Origin: Tubiluchus corallicola
Lineage: Eukaryota > Animalia > Priapulida
Assembly (NCBI GenBank): GCA_030141605.1
Contig: JAQGDQ010000284.1
Span: 1 to 64,000 of the forward strand
DNA: 64,000 nt
Reading direction: 5' to 3'
Shown here: positions 1 through 12,305 of the stretch, piece after piece
Layout: every line of letters begins with the position of its first letter
Numbering within the stretch: position 1 is the first letter of the stretch
The notes under the pieces: generated by a model
The model's database searches: none
What the model was told of the DNA's origin: nothing
The model's input: only the letters and a program-made list of their open reading frames with translations
Made by a program: the position numbers and the translations under genes

Positions 1-180
1 AGTTTCGATTTCTGTTCCAAAAATAATGATTGGCCGACACATTATATATCAGTATATGTATGAATATGTATACTGGTAATGCAATACCTGCTTATCTAGG
101 TCATTAAATATCAATATTTGATCAGGGAAAAGTCATGGAAAAGTCAGGGAAATTTATTTTAAATTCTATGGGAACCCTGA
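1..180. mobile_element. End of a hAT-like MITE, same family as 18640-19026
   Basis: Ends in GGGAACCCTG; its reverse complement aligns by eye with 18640-18820. Confidence 0.6.
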
Positions 181-588
181 TTAGCTTAAAAGTCGGAAGG
201 CTGTAAATTGTAGTTATACATTAAGTTAAATTTATGCTTTCTATTGATTGGTGCGTTTAAACACAATCAGTAAACTCGCCCAGAAAAATGTATAAGTTTT
301 CCTGGCCCCGGAACCGAACCCGCAGAGTTGTCCTACATTAGATTCATGTAGAACTTTAGCAAGGAAAATGTAGAGAATTATTGATTGATGGTGGGAAAAA
401 CAGCTTCCCAAAATGAAGCCAGCACCCACTTAAGCAAAGACGTGGCTTCATTCAGACCTGACACAAACATCTGCAACTTTTTCCGACCAGTTGTTCTCCT
501 GTTCAGAATTATGTTCGAGTGTACAATTCTTGGGATGACCAAAATAATGATGGGAAGCGACATGGAATGTAATAAATTAGAACACCAT

Positions 589-662
589 GGAATGACGTTG
601 TAGTGGTTAGCGTAGCTCCCGGACAATAGAAGGCCCGGGTTCGAATCCCTGTGGAGCGCAAA
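589..662 (+). mobile_element. tRNA-derived sequence (SINE head or tRNA pseudogene)
   Basis: A-box-like TGTAGTGGTTAGC and B-box GGTTCGAATCC at tRNA spacing; acceptor and anticodon stems do not pair well. Confidence 0.55.
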
Positions 663-882
663 ATTTTTTCATACTTTACTGTCGGTTTCATTGTTACACT
701 CATATCTCTGTTTGCTGGATAAAAATGGGAAGACGTCGATCCTAATTTGCTGATTGTCTGCGTTTACCAATACTAAGCTAATATAGTAGGTGCTACAGTA
801 CAGGCCGCTCCAATGTAAAAGTATAGAAAAACTGTTAGCAATTGACTCTAATCGAACGTCTTCAGCACGCTGACATACAAGT

Positions 883-1185
883 GGAGTGGAGCCTTGAAGG
901 CGGACCAGTGCAGCATGCTCACTGACTCCGGCATCTCCTACAGCCAACCTGGTGCCAAACGTATCGCTCCGCTTTCCTTTAGACTACACCAGCGAGGAAG
1001 AGAGGGGGTTCCTGTTGTCTGGGCTACTCAGGATCTCCATACACCTTGCCCAGGCGTGCGCCCTGGAGACGTTCAAGGATCGCACTGCTCAGCCACAGTC
1101 GACGCTGCAGCTCCATCAATGTGATTAATAACTGACTCTCTTGGCGCACACTCCATTGTCTTCCGAGACAGAAGGATGCCAACAA
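883..1185 (+). mobile_element. 5'-truncated copy of the 5S-headed SINE body (see 49197-49755)
   Basis: Close match to the reverse complement of 49200-49512; ends GAAGGATGCCAACAA. Confidence 0.8.
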
Positions 1186-1374
1186 TGGTCATTATTGCAC
1201 TATGCTATTACTGTAGTGTCATTAGCAGATTAGGCATGCTACGCATACATGGTGTATAACAGACTAGCTAACAAGATGGGTGGCAATACAGTCCAATTAA
1301 AGTTCTTTGGTGTGTTATTAAATGCAAAATTTGTGCGCAAATAGTACAACATGAGCTTGATTCTCTTTTTGCAG

Positions 1375-1450
1375 TATTTGACGACAGTCATACCGTATAA
1401 TTCCGGAATGGGACCTCCTAGTATTCAAGCACTTCAGATATTGATAAAGA
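1375..1450 (+). CDS. FEZ2: FEZ1/FEZ2 (UNC-76/zygin) orthologue, third-from-last coding exon
   Basis: tttttgcag|...|gtaagt; encodes YLTTVIPYNSGMGPPSIQALQILIK, matching the recalled FEZ2 YLTTVIPYEKKNGPPSVEDLQILTK. Confidence 0.88.
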
Positions 1451-2217
1451 GTAAGTATGTAAAAATGTTTCATTCAATAGTGATGTAAGATTACGTGTTT
1501 GATTGGTATGTGTCTAGTGTTCCACTTATAAATTTGTTTAGTGGTTTGTTGTGCAAGAGTTACTAAAAATGTTACAAAAGTTACTAAAAATGTTATATCA
1601 TTGCTGACTTTGGCACTAAAACTCTATAAAATTAGAATTCGCAGGTGACCATTAACTCCTTGGTTAGGGTAGTACTGTACGGTGGGAGGTTATAAGCTGA
1701 GTGATCACGGGGTGTACTCTGCGACCAAAATTAAGTAACATTAAGGCTGGTCAGTAATTAGCTGGCTTCATTACACGTTGTGGGAAGTTTCATTCGTCAT
1801 GTTGAGTTGGGCTGTTTGCTTAATTGAAGCTGCGCTCGTTCATGGCTAAGTCACTTCTGCCAGTGCAGTTGCTCCTCTCAGGGATTAGCCTTGATAATGA
1901 GTAAGGTTCCACCCCTGTCACAGTTATATTAAATATTCCTGTCACTCAGTGTTATATCATAGCTGGCAAAGTGCCAAACTCTAAAAATGTTTGCTTCAGG
2001 AATGCTTTAATAAATCTAATTTTGAAAAATTCACCTAGAGTTTTGAGGACTTCTGTTGAATTCGTTATGATTTCGTTCAGGTAGTAATGGCAGGTTTGTA
2101 AGGGAAAAATGAGGCAAAATTAGAAATGGCTGAACAGTTATTAAGCAAGGTCTAAGGCAAGTCTGTGCTGCCTAGTTTAAAAAGCAACCTTGCAAATTGC
2201 TGTTCGATCACGAATGT

Positions 2218-4172
2218 TCACGAGATAGTGGAATGAACGATGGAAGAGATAGTGGAATGAACGATGCACGAGATAGTGGAATGAACGATGGACGAGATAG
2301 TGGAATGAATGATGCACGAACGATGCGCGAGATAGTGGAATGAACGATGCACGAGATAGTGGAATGAACGATGCACGAGATAGTGGAATGAACGATGCAC
2401 GAGATAGTGGAATGAACGATGCACGAGATAGTGGGATGAACAATGCACGAGATAGTAGAATGAACAATGCACGAGATAGTGGAATGAACGATGCACGAGA
2501 TAGTGGAATGAACGATGCACGAGATAGCGGAATGAACGATGCGCGAGATAGTGGAATGAACGATGCACGAGATAGTGGAATGAACGATGCACGAGATAGT
2601 GGAATGAACGATGCACGAGATAGTGGAATGAACGATGCACGAGATAGTGGGATGAACAATGCACGAGATAGTAGAATGAACAATGCACGAGATAGTGGAA
2701 TGAACGATGCACGAGATAGTGGAATGAACGATGCACGAGATAGTGGAATGAACGATGCACGAGATAGTAGAATGAACAATGCACGAGATAGTGGGATGAA
2801 CGATGCACGAGATAGCGGAATGAACAATGCACGAGATAGTGGGATGAACGATGCACCAGATAGTAGAATGAACGATGCACGAGATAGTGGAATGAACGAT
2901 GCACGAGATAGCGGAATGAACAATGCACGAGATAGTGGGATGAACGATGCACCAGATAGTAGAATGAACAATGCACGAGATAGTGGAATGAACGATGCAC
3001 GAGATAGTGGAATGAACGATGCACGAGATTGTGGGATGAACGATGCACGAGATAGTAGAATGAACAATGCACGAGATAGTAGAATGAACGATGCACGAGA
3101 TAGTGGAATGAACGATGCACGAGATAGTGGAATGAACGATGCACGAGATAGTAGAATGAACAATGCACGAGATAGTAGAATGAACGATGCACGAGATAGT
3201 GGAATGAACGATGCACGAGATAGTGGAATGAACGATGCACGAGATAGTAGAATGAACAATGCACGAGATAGTAGAATGAACGATGCACGAGATAGTGGAA
3301 TGAACGATGCACGAGATAGTGGAATGAACGTGCACGAGATAGTAGAATGAACAATGCACGAGATAGTAGAATGAACGATGCACGAGATAGTGGAATGAAC
3401 AATGCACGAGATAGTAGAATGAACAATGCACGAGATAGTAGAATGAACGATGCACGAGATAGTGGAATGAACGATGCACGAGATAGTGGAATGAACGATG
3501 CACGAGATAGTGGAATGAACGATGCACCAGATAGTGGAATGAACGATGCACCAGATAGTGAAATGAACGATGCACGAGATAGCGGAATGAACGATGCACG
3601 AGATAGTGGGATGAACGATGCACGAGATAGTAGAATGAACAATGCACCAGATTGTGGGATGAACGATGCACCAGATTGTGGAATGAACGATGCACGAGAT
3701 AGCGGAATGAACAATGCACAAGATAGTGGGATGAACGATGCACGAGATAGTAGAATGAACAATGCACGAGATAGTAGAATGAACAATGCACGAGATAGTG
3801 GAATGAACGATGCACGAGATAGTGGAATGAACGATGCACGAGATAGTGGGATGAACAATGCACGAGATAGTGGAATGAACGATGCACGAGATAGTGGAAT
3901 GAACGATGCACGAGATAGTAGAATGAACAATGCACGAGATAGAGGAATGAACGATGCATGAGATAGAGGAATGAACGATGCACGAGATAGTGGAATGAAC
4001 GATGCACGAGATAGTGGAATGAACGATGCACCAGATAGTGGAATGAACGATGCACCAGATTGTGGGATGAACGATGCACCAGATTGTGGAATGAACGATG
4101 CACGAGATAGTGGAATGAACGATGCACGAGATAGTGGAATGAACGATGCACGAGATAGTGGAATGAACGATG
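2218..4172. repeat. 24-bp tandem minisatellite (~81 copies of GAGATAGTGGAATGAACGATGCAC) in a FEZ intron
   Basis: Direct reading; few variable positions; 1-bp deletion near 3330. Confidence 0.98.
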
Positions 4173-4639
4173 TTGTAAACATTCAGGGGGTGAGCGTGAA
4201 AATGAATTCGATTTGAACATTTTAGTTTTGAACACGAAATAAAAAGCGGTCTCGCAAAGATTGTGCATATTACTTGATTTTGTTGTGTGTAATAAAGACA
4301 CTAATAATTTGTTTAAAATTATACGCAGAATTTGCGCTAGATTGTCTTGATTGCTTTGATGCTTCAAGCTTTTGGTGATGAAAGACGTTGTTAGAGAAGT
4401 GAATAATTTGAATCCATAATTTTAGATAAAAAATTCTTGAATTAAAAATCTTAATCGAATTCGAAACGTTCAATGCTCGCACGTCGTTAAAACTTTTATT
4501 GTGTCCTGTTATGTTGTAAGTGCTAGCATGAACAATCTGTTTAAGTGATTATGAGTCTTTTTTTCCTCCATCCATCATTTTCGCCTATATTAAGCCTTTT
4601 CTCGGTTTCGTTTTGCACACACGCACTTGCCGTAAGCCA

Positions 4640-4990
4640 AAATTTAAGTGTACTAGAGCAACGTGTGTTAACTGCAATCATCACGTGACATGTCGGTAAA
4701 GCAAAGCTGTCTACCACATCGGTTCAGTAACTTCAGTTGTTTTACACGGATTTTTCGTAACTATGTATTAATCTGCATAGAGTGCATATGGTGATTTACT
4801 GGCAGGATCTTGCTTGAGACCAAGAAAAAATGAACTAGGTAAGATTCTAGCTAGCTGTTAAAACTGTTACTATTACAGTAGTGTGAGCGGCGAGGCATTG
4901 TTAAGTGTATGCAAATGCGTTCTGTGGTACACTTAACTTTTGATCTTTTCACGATCATCATCAATCGCTGGAACTGTGAAAAGGCTTATT
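4640..4990. repeat. Dispersed repeat family (other copies ~17380-17620, ~48240-48370, ~48440-48785)
   Basis: Shared ...AAAATGAACTAGGTAAGGTTCTAGCTAGCTGTTA... core in all copies. Confidence 0.75.
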
Positions 4991-5265
4991 AGAAGTGAGA
5001 ATGTCGTTCCCTTTTTTCGGAGATTGTCTGATTTTTAGTGCATTGCACAATGCATCCTTTTTGCCATAATATGAAGTGTTATGTTAGAATGTTGCGCCTC
5101 ATTTTCCAACATTCTACACATGTCAGATTTGCTTGGAGAATTTTTATACAGGTAGTGGATCTTTACAATTTAACATCAATAACAAATGTTGATAAGATTT
5201 GAAAAGTTGTGTAGAAATAGTAATGAATTATTCTGTGGCATTTAGTAGGCTGATATCCCGTAGCG

Positions 5266-5767
5266 CAGGGGTGTGCAACTTGCGGCCCGCGGTCCACTTG
5301 CGGGCCCGCCGAGAGAATTTGTGCGGCCCGCGAAGAGATTTGTCAACCTAATGAAAGTGCGGCCCGGGCGATTAATTGAGTGTATCCAGCTGAAGTCCGT
5401 GCCACGATCCCAAAGTTAGTGCGGGTAGTTTTTTCTACTAGATCGGATGCCATTAACCCTTACAAGACCGTTGTAGCTTAATGTCACTGTACTACACAGA
5501 CTGTGTGATACACATTACTAATATGCATTGTAATGAAATTACCAGTATCTGTCCTGAAAGTAGAAATATATGGTTTGTAATATAAATTTTAATAACTTCT
5601 AACATAGTTTCTTGAGGGTAGTAGTAATGATGTACGCAGGTCGGATGCAAAAAAAATCGTTATTAGGCCCTTCTGTACTTGGTTCCTTGGTCAAACTGCC
5701 TGTGGCCCACAGGAATTGCGGGAAAGTTTAATATGGCCCGGCTAGTCAGATAATTTGCACACCCCTG
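5266..5767 (+). mobile_element. hAT-type MITE
   Basis: TIRs CAGGGGTGTGCAA/TTGCACACCCCTG; near-TSD CCGTAGCG/CCGTAGAT; copies at 16334 and 51371. Confidence 0.9.
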
Positions 5768-6269
5768 CCGTAGATCATGTGTAATTTACAGGATTGTAAT
5801 TTGCGGATTAATGTTCCATTAATATTGCTACTGGGCCTGCTAGTCCCTGTTCCCAGTTTTGTCCTTAAAAACCTAAATTTCTCTCCTTGGGGGGAATTAT
5901 TCCCCCGTGGTTCATAAACAAATCAACTCTGTGATTTCAGTACGTGTGATATCTTCATTGTCATTGTTTGCACGCGATGTGATGATATGTCAAGTGCATT
6001 ATTGCACACGCGTTCATTAATAGTAACAACATGGTTCACGATTTTCAGATTTAACAATCAGATTATTACGTAAAGGAAGACAGGATGATTGTTTAGATTC
6101 AATCTCATTTTAATGCCTATAAAAGTTAGCAATAGCAATTGTTTCTTATATTTGAATAATTAGCTTAGAAAGTTAATTAACGGCAACCGAATACAGCTAT
6201 TGTTTACGTCAGAAACTAACCACAGTTTGTACAATGGCAGGCGTCTTCCCTTGCGTGTCAAGCACATTT

Positions 6270-6591
6270 GCATAGGTGTTACAGTACTGTTTAGACGCAT
6301 GATGTCACGAAAAATGGGCTCTACATCATATGACGTCAGAAACTAACACGGCAGTTCATGATCATGCTTATCACAGTACCGTCTTCTATTTGTCGGCCAC
6401 GCGAATGTGACAAAAAGGCGCCGCTGCCAATCTTAGTAGATTCACTGAGCTACACATAGCTTTGAAAGTTTGAGTATCCGAGACAATTATTATTTAATCT
6501 AAGCTTTGATTTACAAAAAGCTATTGTAGTTTTCAATATTTTAAAGCATTCTTTATTCTGAACGAATGTTTACACAATGATCCGGTTTTCC
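6270..6591. mobile_element. Right end of a Kolobok-like (TTAA|AGG...CCT|TTAA) non-autonomous element
   Basis: Matches 43310-43620 and partly 57870-57945; ends CCGGTTTTCCT. Confidence 0.6.
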
Positions 6592-7455
6592 TTTACAGGA
6601 AGACGGAATGATTTTTCATGTACTACCCCATTTGCAAATCCGATGAAAAGTATACATTTTAATGCGATTAATATTGCAAAAGCGTTTCTCATAATTAAAT
6701 AATAGATTAAAGAATAAATGCAGGCGCTATTGCCCGTCTGACTAGTAAATGGCGAAATGCATGTAGCAGTGAAGAACTAGTGGCGCCAACGTGAAATTAC
6801 ATTTGTGTGGTAATAATTCTTTCACGTAAGTCATTTTTGAAAGAAATAGCATGTTCTTTTTCCATATATTTTAAATAGTAGATTGTTTTGACCTGCAGTT
6901 TAATATTGGGTCTGGTTTTGCTTTAATTAATTCAGTTGTTTATTTATTTATTTGTTTGTTTGTTTGTTTACTTATTTACTTATCTATCAACTTGGCTTGT
7001 AACACAGGTAGAAATGTATGTCTTTCCACCTATAAAAAGTAAGATTTCCATATTTAGTTGTGTCGATAAAAATGATCTGCATTTAAACGGTATCCTTCCT
7101 CGCTGCACTGAGTATCCTCTCCTCTCCTCTTCCTGCATCTTCTTATTTGTATGTTCTAGATTTCTGAAGCTTGTAGTATGCCTTGGGGGTCTGTACATAG
7201 TTCACTCGTGTTGCCCGTGTTTGGCTTCGCACACATGGCGTGCAAGAAATTCATTGATTTGAAGCCAAGCAGTTGTAACGCACCATCTCCGGTATTGATC
7301 AGCTGACTCAAATGTGGTGCCAGCCTGATGCAGGGTGGGGCTCAGCTGTAATCATTTCGTCTGTATATGGATTTATGATTATGTAACGACGTTGTAAATG
7401 TCTTCTGTACAGCTTACTGAGAGTTGGGTGTTGTACGGGTAGGAAGGAGGACAAA

Positions 7456-8003
7456 GACATGGACATAGACATAGACATGGACATGGACATGGACATAGAG
7501 ATGGACATAGACATAGGCATAGAACATTTATTTTTTCCAATTAGTTTAGTATCAAACGTTTTTTAAATATTAAGTAATCATAATCATGGAGCAGGGCAGG
7601 GAAGGACCATAGGGTCATCTAGTCTCCTGCCCTTTGTTATAAATAGATTCGTATATTAAAAATTAACGGTGATGCTGCAGATAACAAAAATAAAAACAAA
7701 TAAGAAAAAATAATAAAAAAACAGTATAAATGATACAAATTAGCCAAAAAGAACTGAAAACAAAAAATAATAAAGTTAGATACCTAAATCTAACCAAAAC
7801 AATACAATTATTCAGTAATTAGGATTATTATATGTAGTAGTTTCAAATTGGGTCTTATTAACAGGGGAATTTGACCAAGGTTAGTGAGTAAAGTTAAAAA
7901 CTGAGAGTATAGAAATAAATAAGCATAAAAAAGTGTAATATAGAAAAATGTATGAGAAAAAGTAAGTATGAGAAAGAGCAACAATTGCTTAGGAGATGAG
8001 GAG
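7456..8003 (-). mobile_element. CR1-type retroposon 3' end, inverted copy
   Basis: Reverse complement of 8185-8652; stem-loop GACTAGATGACCCTATGGTCC and (TCTATG/TCCATG)n tail. Confidence 0.7.
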
Positions 8004-8184
8004 AAACATGGTTGAACTCAGTAGCCTGTAAAACGGAAGTTAATCGACACTTGAAGTCTTGAATACTTCTAAAAGTCTTCGACGACATATTAGAAGTTTT
8101 GGGGTACACATAGTTTTGGGTGTTGTACGGATAGGAAGGAGGACAAATAGAAACATGGTTAAGACTAATAAGCAAGCTAGCAAG

Positions 8185-8652
8185 TTTTTTCTTTTTTTCT
8201 CCTCATCTCCTAAGTAATTGTTGCTCTTTCTCATACTTACTTTTTCTCATAAATTTTTATATATTTTACGTTTTTATGCTTATTTTTTCTTTCCATACTC
8301 TCAGTTTTTAACTTTACTCACTAACCTTGGTCAAATTCCCCTGTTAATAAGACCCCATTTGAAACTACTACATATAATAATCCTAATTACTGAATAATTG
8401 TATTGTTTTGTTTAGATTTTGGTATCCAACTTTTTTATTTTTTGTTTTCAGTTGTTTTTGGATAATTTGTATCACTTAGACTGTTTTTATTATTATTTTT
8501 TCTTATTATAAGAAAGGGCAGGAGACTAGATGACCCTATGGTCCTTCCTTGCCCTGCTCCATGATTATAATTACTTAATATTTAAAAAACTTTTGATATT
8601 AAACCAATTGGAGAAAATAAATGTTCTATGTCTATGTCTATGTCTATGTCTA
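8185..8652 (+). mobile_element. CR1-type retroposon 3' end
   Basis: AGGGCAGGAGACTAGATGACCCTATGGTCCTTCCTTGCCCT stem-loop, then AATAAA and a (TCTATG)n tail, resembling CR1 3' termini. Confidence 0.7.
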
Positions 8653-9717
8653 TGGTTGAACTCGTTAGCCTGTAAAACTGAAGTGAATCGACACTTGAAG
8701 TCTTGAATAATATACTTCTAAAAAGTCTTTGACGACATATTAGAAGTTTTGGGGTACACATGGCTAGTATACACGCTGCAACTCTTTAACTGGTGATGGT
8801 ATTACTGCCACTTTTGACTCTCTATGTAAAGTCAAACGTCTTTGTCACTGTCTGATTTGAGACTCTTAAATAAGCTCGCATTAAGCGAGCTTGGCATTAT
8901 AAAAGAGCTGCATTAATACATCCTCGTCCATGCAAATACAAACATTATGTTTTCCTAGAAATTTGGGCGCTAACCGATGTTTACATTATAAAGGGGGAGT
9001 CCAGTCTTGTAATGAGGTTAGACTGTATCTGCACATCTTAGTCATTTGATAAATGTTTGACCCTCATAATTATTTAGCCCCTATTTGGACTACATGTATA
9101 TACATGAATGCCCAGTAGTGGATGTGTAATGAGGATATTGTGTCCTTTGTCAAAGTTGCAGAATTGTAGCACCCCCCCCCTTCTTGGTGCCACCACGAAA
9201 CTGAAACTATGAATATTGCAAGACATGACGGCACAGGCATTAATCATTCCGTCCAGACGAAAGTTTAGGTCACGCGGTTGGCAATTTCCTCGGCGCTCTG
9301 ATGGCGTTCATTCTGATGGTAATTAGGCCGCCAGCTTTACAGACCTTCATTTTTTGTGTAATATTTGGGATCCGTCGCAGTTTTCAATCAATCACAGAGG
9401 ATTTGGGAATCTCTAGACTAATTAACAAATCATCACCACTAGGGCAGTGACCTAATTGTGGCCAAACGAAGACCTAAGATCTAAGACCTAGATTAAGTCA
9501 CGAGGTTGAAACATATGTGTATATGTATATCATTGTATATACAAGTAAGCAATATGGTGCATTGTAATACAAGCAAGTGGTGCATTGACACATAATCACA
9601 TAATTCATATTCGTAACTATTTAAAAAAATTCACTCTTTAAGGCTCACTCAAAGTCGTAATTACATATTATGTTTTCCTTTCTCAACTTTCAGGTTTATT
9701 GCTCTTATATCATTGCT

Positions 9718-10270
9718 ATTATTACATCATTTACTTCATCCTTATTTACATTAAGTTATCTACAGAAGCATGCATAACTATAATCATTTTTTCATTAAAG
9801 TAAGGTGAGTGTGTTAATGACCGTATGGTCGTACACTCACCTCGCACTACTCAAATTATTACATCATTTACTTCATCCTTATTTACATATAGTTATCTAC
9901 AGAAGCATGCATAATTGTAATCATTTTTTCATTTAAGCAAGGTGAGTGTGTTAATGACCGTATGGTCGTACACTCACCTCGCACTACTCAAATTATTACA
10001 TCATTTACTTCATCCTTATTTACATTAAGTTATCTACAGAAGCATGCATAACTATAATCATTATTTCATTTAAGTAAGGTGAGTGTGTTAATGATCGTAT
10101 GGTCGTACACTCACCTCGCACTACTCAAATTATTACATCATTTACTTCATCCTTATTTACATTAAGTTATCTACAGAAGCACGCATAACTATAATCATTT
10201 TTTCGTTTAAGAAAGGTGAGTGTGTTAATGACCGTATGGTCGTACACTCACCTGGCACTACTCAAATTAT
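9718..10270 (+). repeat. 137-bp tandem repeat x4, each unit with a stem-loop
   Basis: Units start at 9718, 9855, 9992 and 10129; hairpin AGGTGAGTGT...GACC-GTAT-GGTC...ACACTCACCT. Confidence 0.95.
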
Positions 10271-10559
10271 TTTATTTAAAATTTATTAATGTGTTTGATA
10301 TTGTATTTTTGATGTGTGAAAGAAAATTCCTAGTTCCTAGTTCAATTTGAAAATTGGATTTCAAAATGTAAGACAAAGACAAGACCGAACCAACAATATT
10401 CAAGACAAAGACAAGACAGAACCTGTAAAAATCAAGAGAAAATAAAAATAATGTCAATATCACAAATTTTAATTTTGTTGTTTTGTTTTGCGCAAGCAAT
10501 GCAAAGTGAAAGTTTAAACAAATAAGGCACGAGTTCGGTACATTTACTACCAAAGCTGG

Positions 10560-10795
10560 AGTTGAGTAGTGAGTATTTGAGTACTGAGTAGCTGAATAGT
10601 GATTATTTGAGTACTGAGTAGCTGAATAATGATTAGTTGAATACTGAGCAGCTGAATGTTGAGTACTGAGTAGCTGAATAATGATAAGTTGAGTACTGAG
10701 TAGCTGAATAATGATAAGTTGTGTACTGAGTAGCTGAATAATGATAAGTTGAGTACCGAGTAGCTAAATAATGATTATTTGAGTACTGAGTAGTG
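10560..10795. repeat. 30-bp tandem repeat (~8 copies, GAGTACTGAGTAGCTGAATAATGATAAGTT)
   Basis: Direct reading. Confidence 0.9.
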
Positions 10796-10840
10796 TCCAA
10801 GTTGTTTAAAAACAAATGCCATGTACTAAAAGTTTGTATA

Positions 10841-11153
10841 TTTTATTTATTTCCACTCTGCATCTAACAGTTATAATAAAAATGCAGATAATTTCACTGA
10901 AGTAAATATAAATATAAATGCAATATTATCCAGAAATTACAAAAGAGATTCTTATGCAGCATATACATGTGCAAATTACATTACAGAATAATTTTGATGC
11001 ATGCAGTTTGAGCCTAAAACTATAGCTTGACAGGCCAAACTGTACGTGGAAATCTTAAAGAAATTATTAATAATTGAAATAATAATAATACATACATAAA
11101 TGTGGGGGGGGGGAGTAGTGAATGAAAGATGAAATGGAGCGAGAACTAAGAAA
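10841..11153 (-). mobile_element. LINE/SINE 3' fragment, second copy at ~47255-47555
   Basis: Two similar copies; hairpin CAGTTTG...CAAACTG; (AAAT)n tail on the minus strand. Confidence 0.65.
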
Positions 11154-11539
11154 AACTAAGTTAACCAGTCGAATGTGTACACTATGTTTATTATAATGTC
11201 GTATTTAGACCGCACCAGTCCAAAATGTAACTCAAGCAGAAAAATTTGTTTTTGAACTTTGTGATCACCAGTTTAAGATAAAAGCTGGAAAAATTTTCAC
11301 TAATGTTCACTTTAGAGTCCGTTTTCTACACTTTCTGGTGGGTGTGGACTTGTGTTTTTTTTACAAAAATGAATGCAAATCGTGCGGTCATTATGTTATC
11401 AATGTTGTTCTCATAAGTGTCGATATGATACTGTTTTATGAGCTTTCCATGTTCAGGCATGTTTGTCCCATCAATACAAAACCCAGCCGAGAAATGGCGT
11501 GCACGTGATCTGTTCTTATCATTGTGTTTCTTTTTTTAG

Positions 11540-11605
11540 TTTTGCAGGCAATTAATGAAGATAGTCCTGCAGTTGCACCATTGCTTACCGATTACATTCT
11601 GAAGG
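11540..11605 (+). CDS. FEZ2: FEZ/UNC-76 orthologue, penultimate coding exon
   Basis: tttttttag|...|gtatgt; phase-compatible; (I)LQAINEDSPAVAPLLTDYILK vs recalled FEZ ILRAMKEDSEKVPSLLTDYILK. Confidence 0.9.
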
Positions 11606-11674
11606 GTATGTCTTTGATTTTCTTGTGTTAGCCTGTCTTGCAAGTACAGTAAGCTACGTACAACTCGAACTGCT

Positions 11675-12305
11675 ATTCAATTCAATTCAGTTTTTATTTA
11701 TTTATCTCTTTATAACAGAACAATAGAACATTATTCAGTAACACAATCGCTAATACGTTTTGAAGAATGGTTAAAATGAATAGATAGATCAAAACTAGAG
11801 AAAGTATAGCGAAAAGACTATTCAATTCAGTTTCAATTTATTTATCTCTTTATAATACTACAATAAAACATGATTAATAAAGGACTCGCTAATAGGTTTT
11901 GAAGAATGGTTAAAATGAACAGATAGATCTAGAACAAAAAAAGGATAGCGAAAAGACTAGTCAATTCAACTCAATTCAATTCGATTTCAATTTATTTATT
12001 CCTTAATAATACAACAATAGGACATTATTAGTAACACAATCGCTAATAAGTTTTGAAGAATGGTTGAAATGAATAGATAGATCTAGAACAAAAGAAAGGC
12101 TAGCGAAAAGACTAGTCAATTCAATTCAACTCAATTCAATTGAGTTTCAATTTATTTATCTCTTTATAATACTACAATAGAACATAATTAATAAAAGAAT
12201 CGCTAATAAGTTTTGAAGAATGGTTAAAATGAATAGATAGATTTACAATTAGACCAAGGACAGCAAAAAGACCATAAAGTCACCTAGTCTGCTATCTTTT
12301 ACCGA
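11675..12305 (-). repeat. About 4 tandem copies of a CR1-type 3' end with (TTGAA)n tails
   Basis: Repeated GAAGAATGGTTAAAATGAATAGATAGAT core separated by AATTC runs; complete stem-loop only at ~12255-12297. Confidence 0.75.

Noticed and set aside
589-662. Functional tRNA gene
   Set aside because: A and B boxes are present, but no convincing acceptor or anticodon stems.
2177-4367. Long ORFs (up to 719 aa) over the 24-bp array, and a CRISPR-like appearance
   Set aside because: The ORFs are by-products of a stop-poor 24-mer inside a FEZ intron. There are no unique spacers or cas genes, and the context is eukaryotic.
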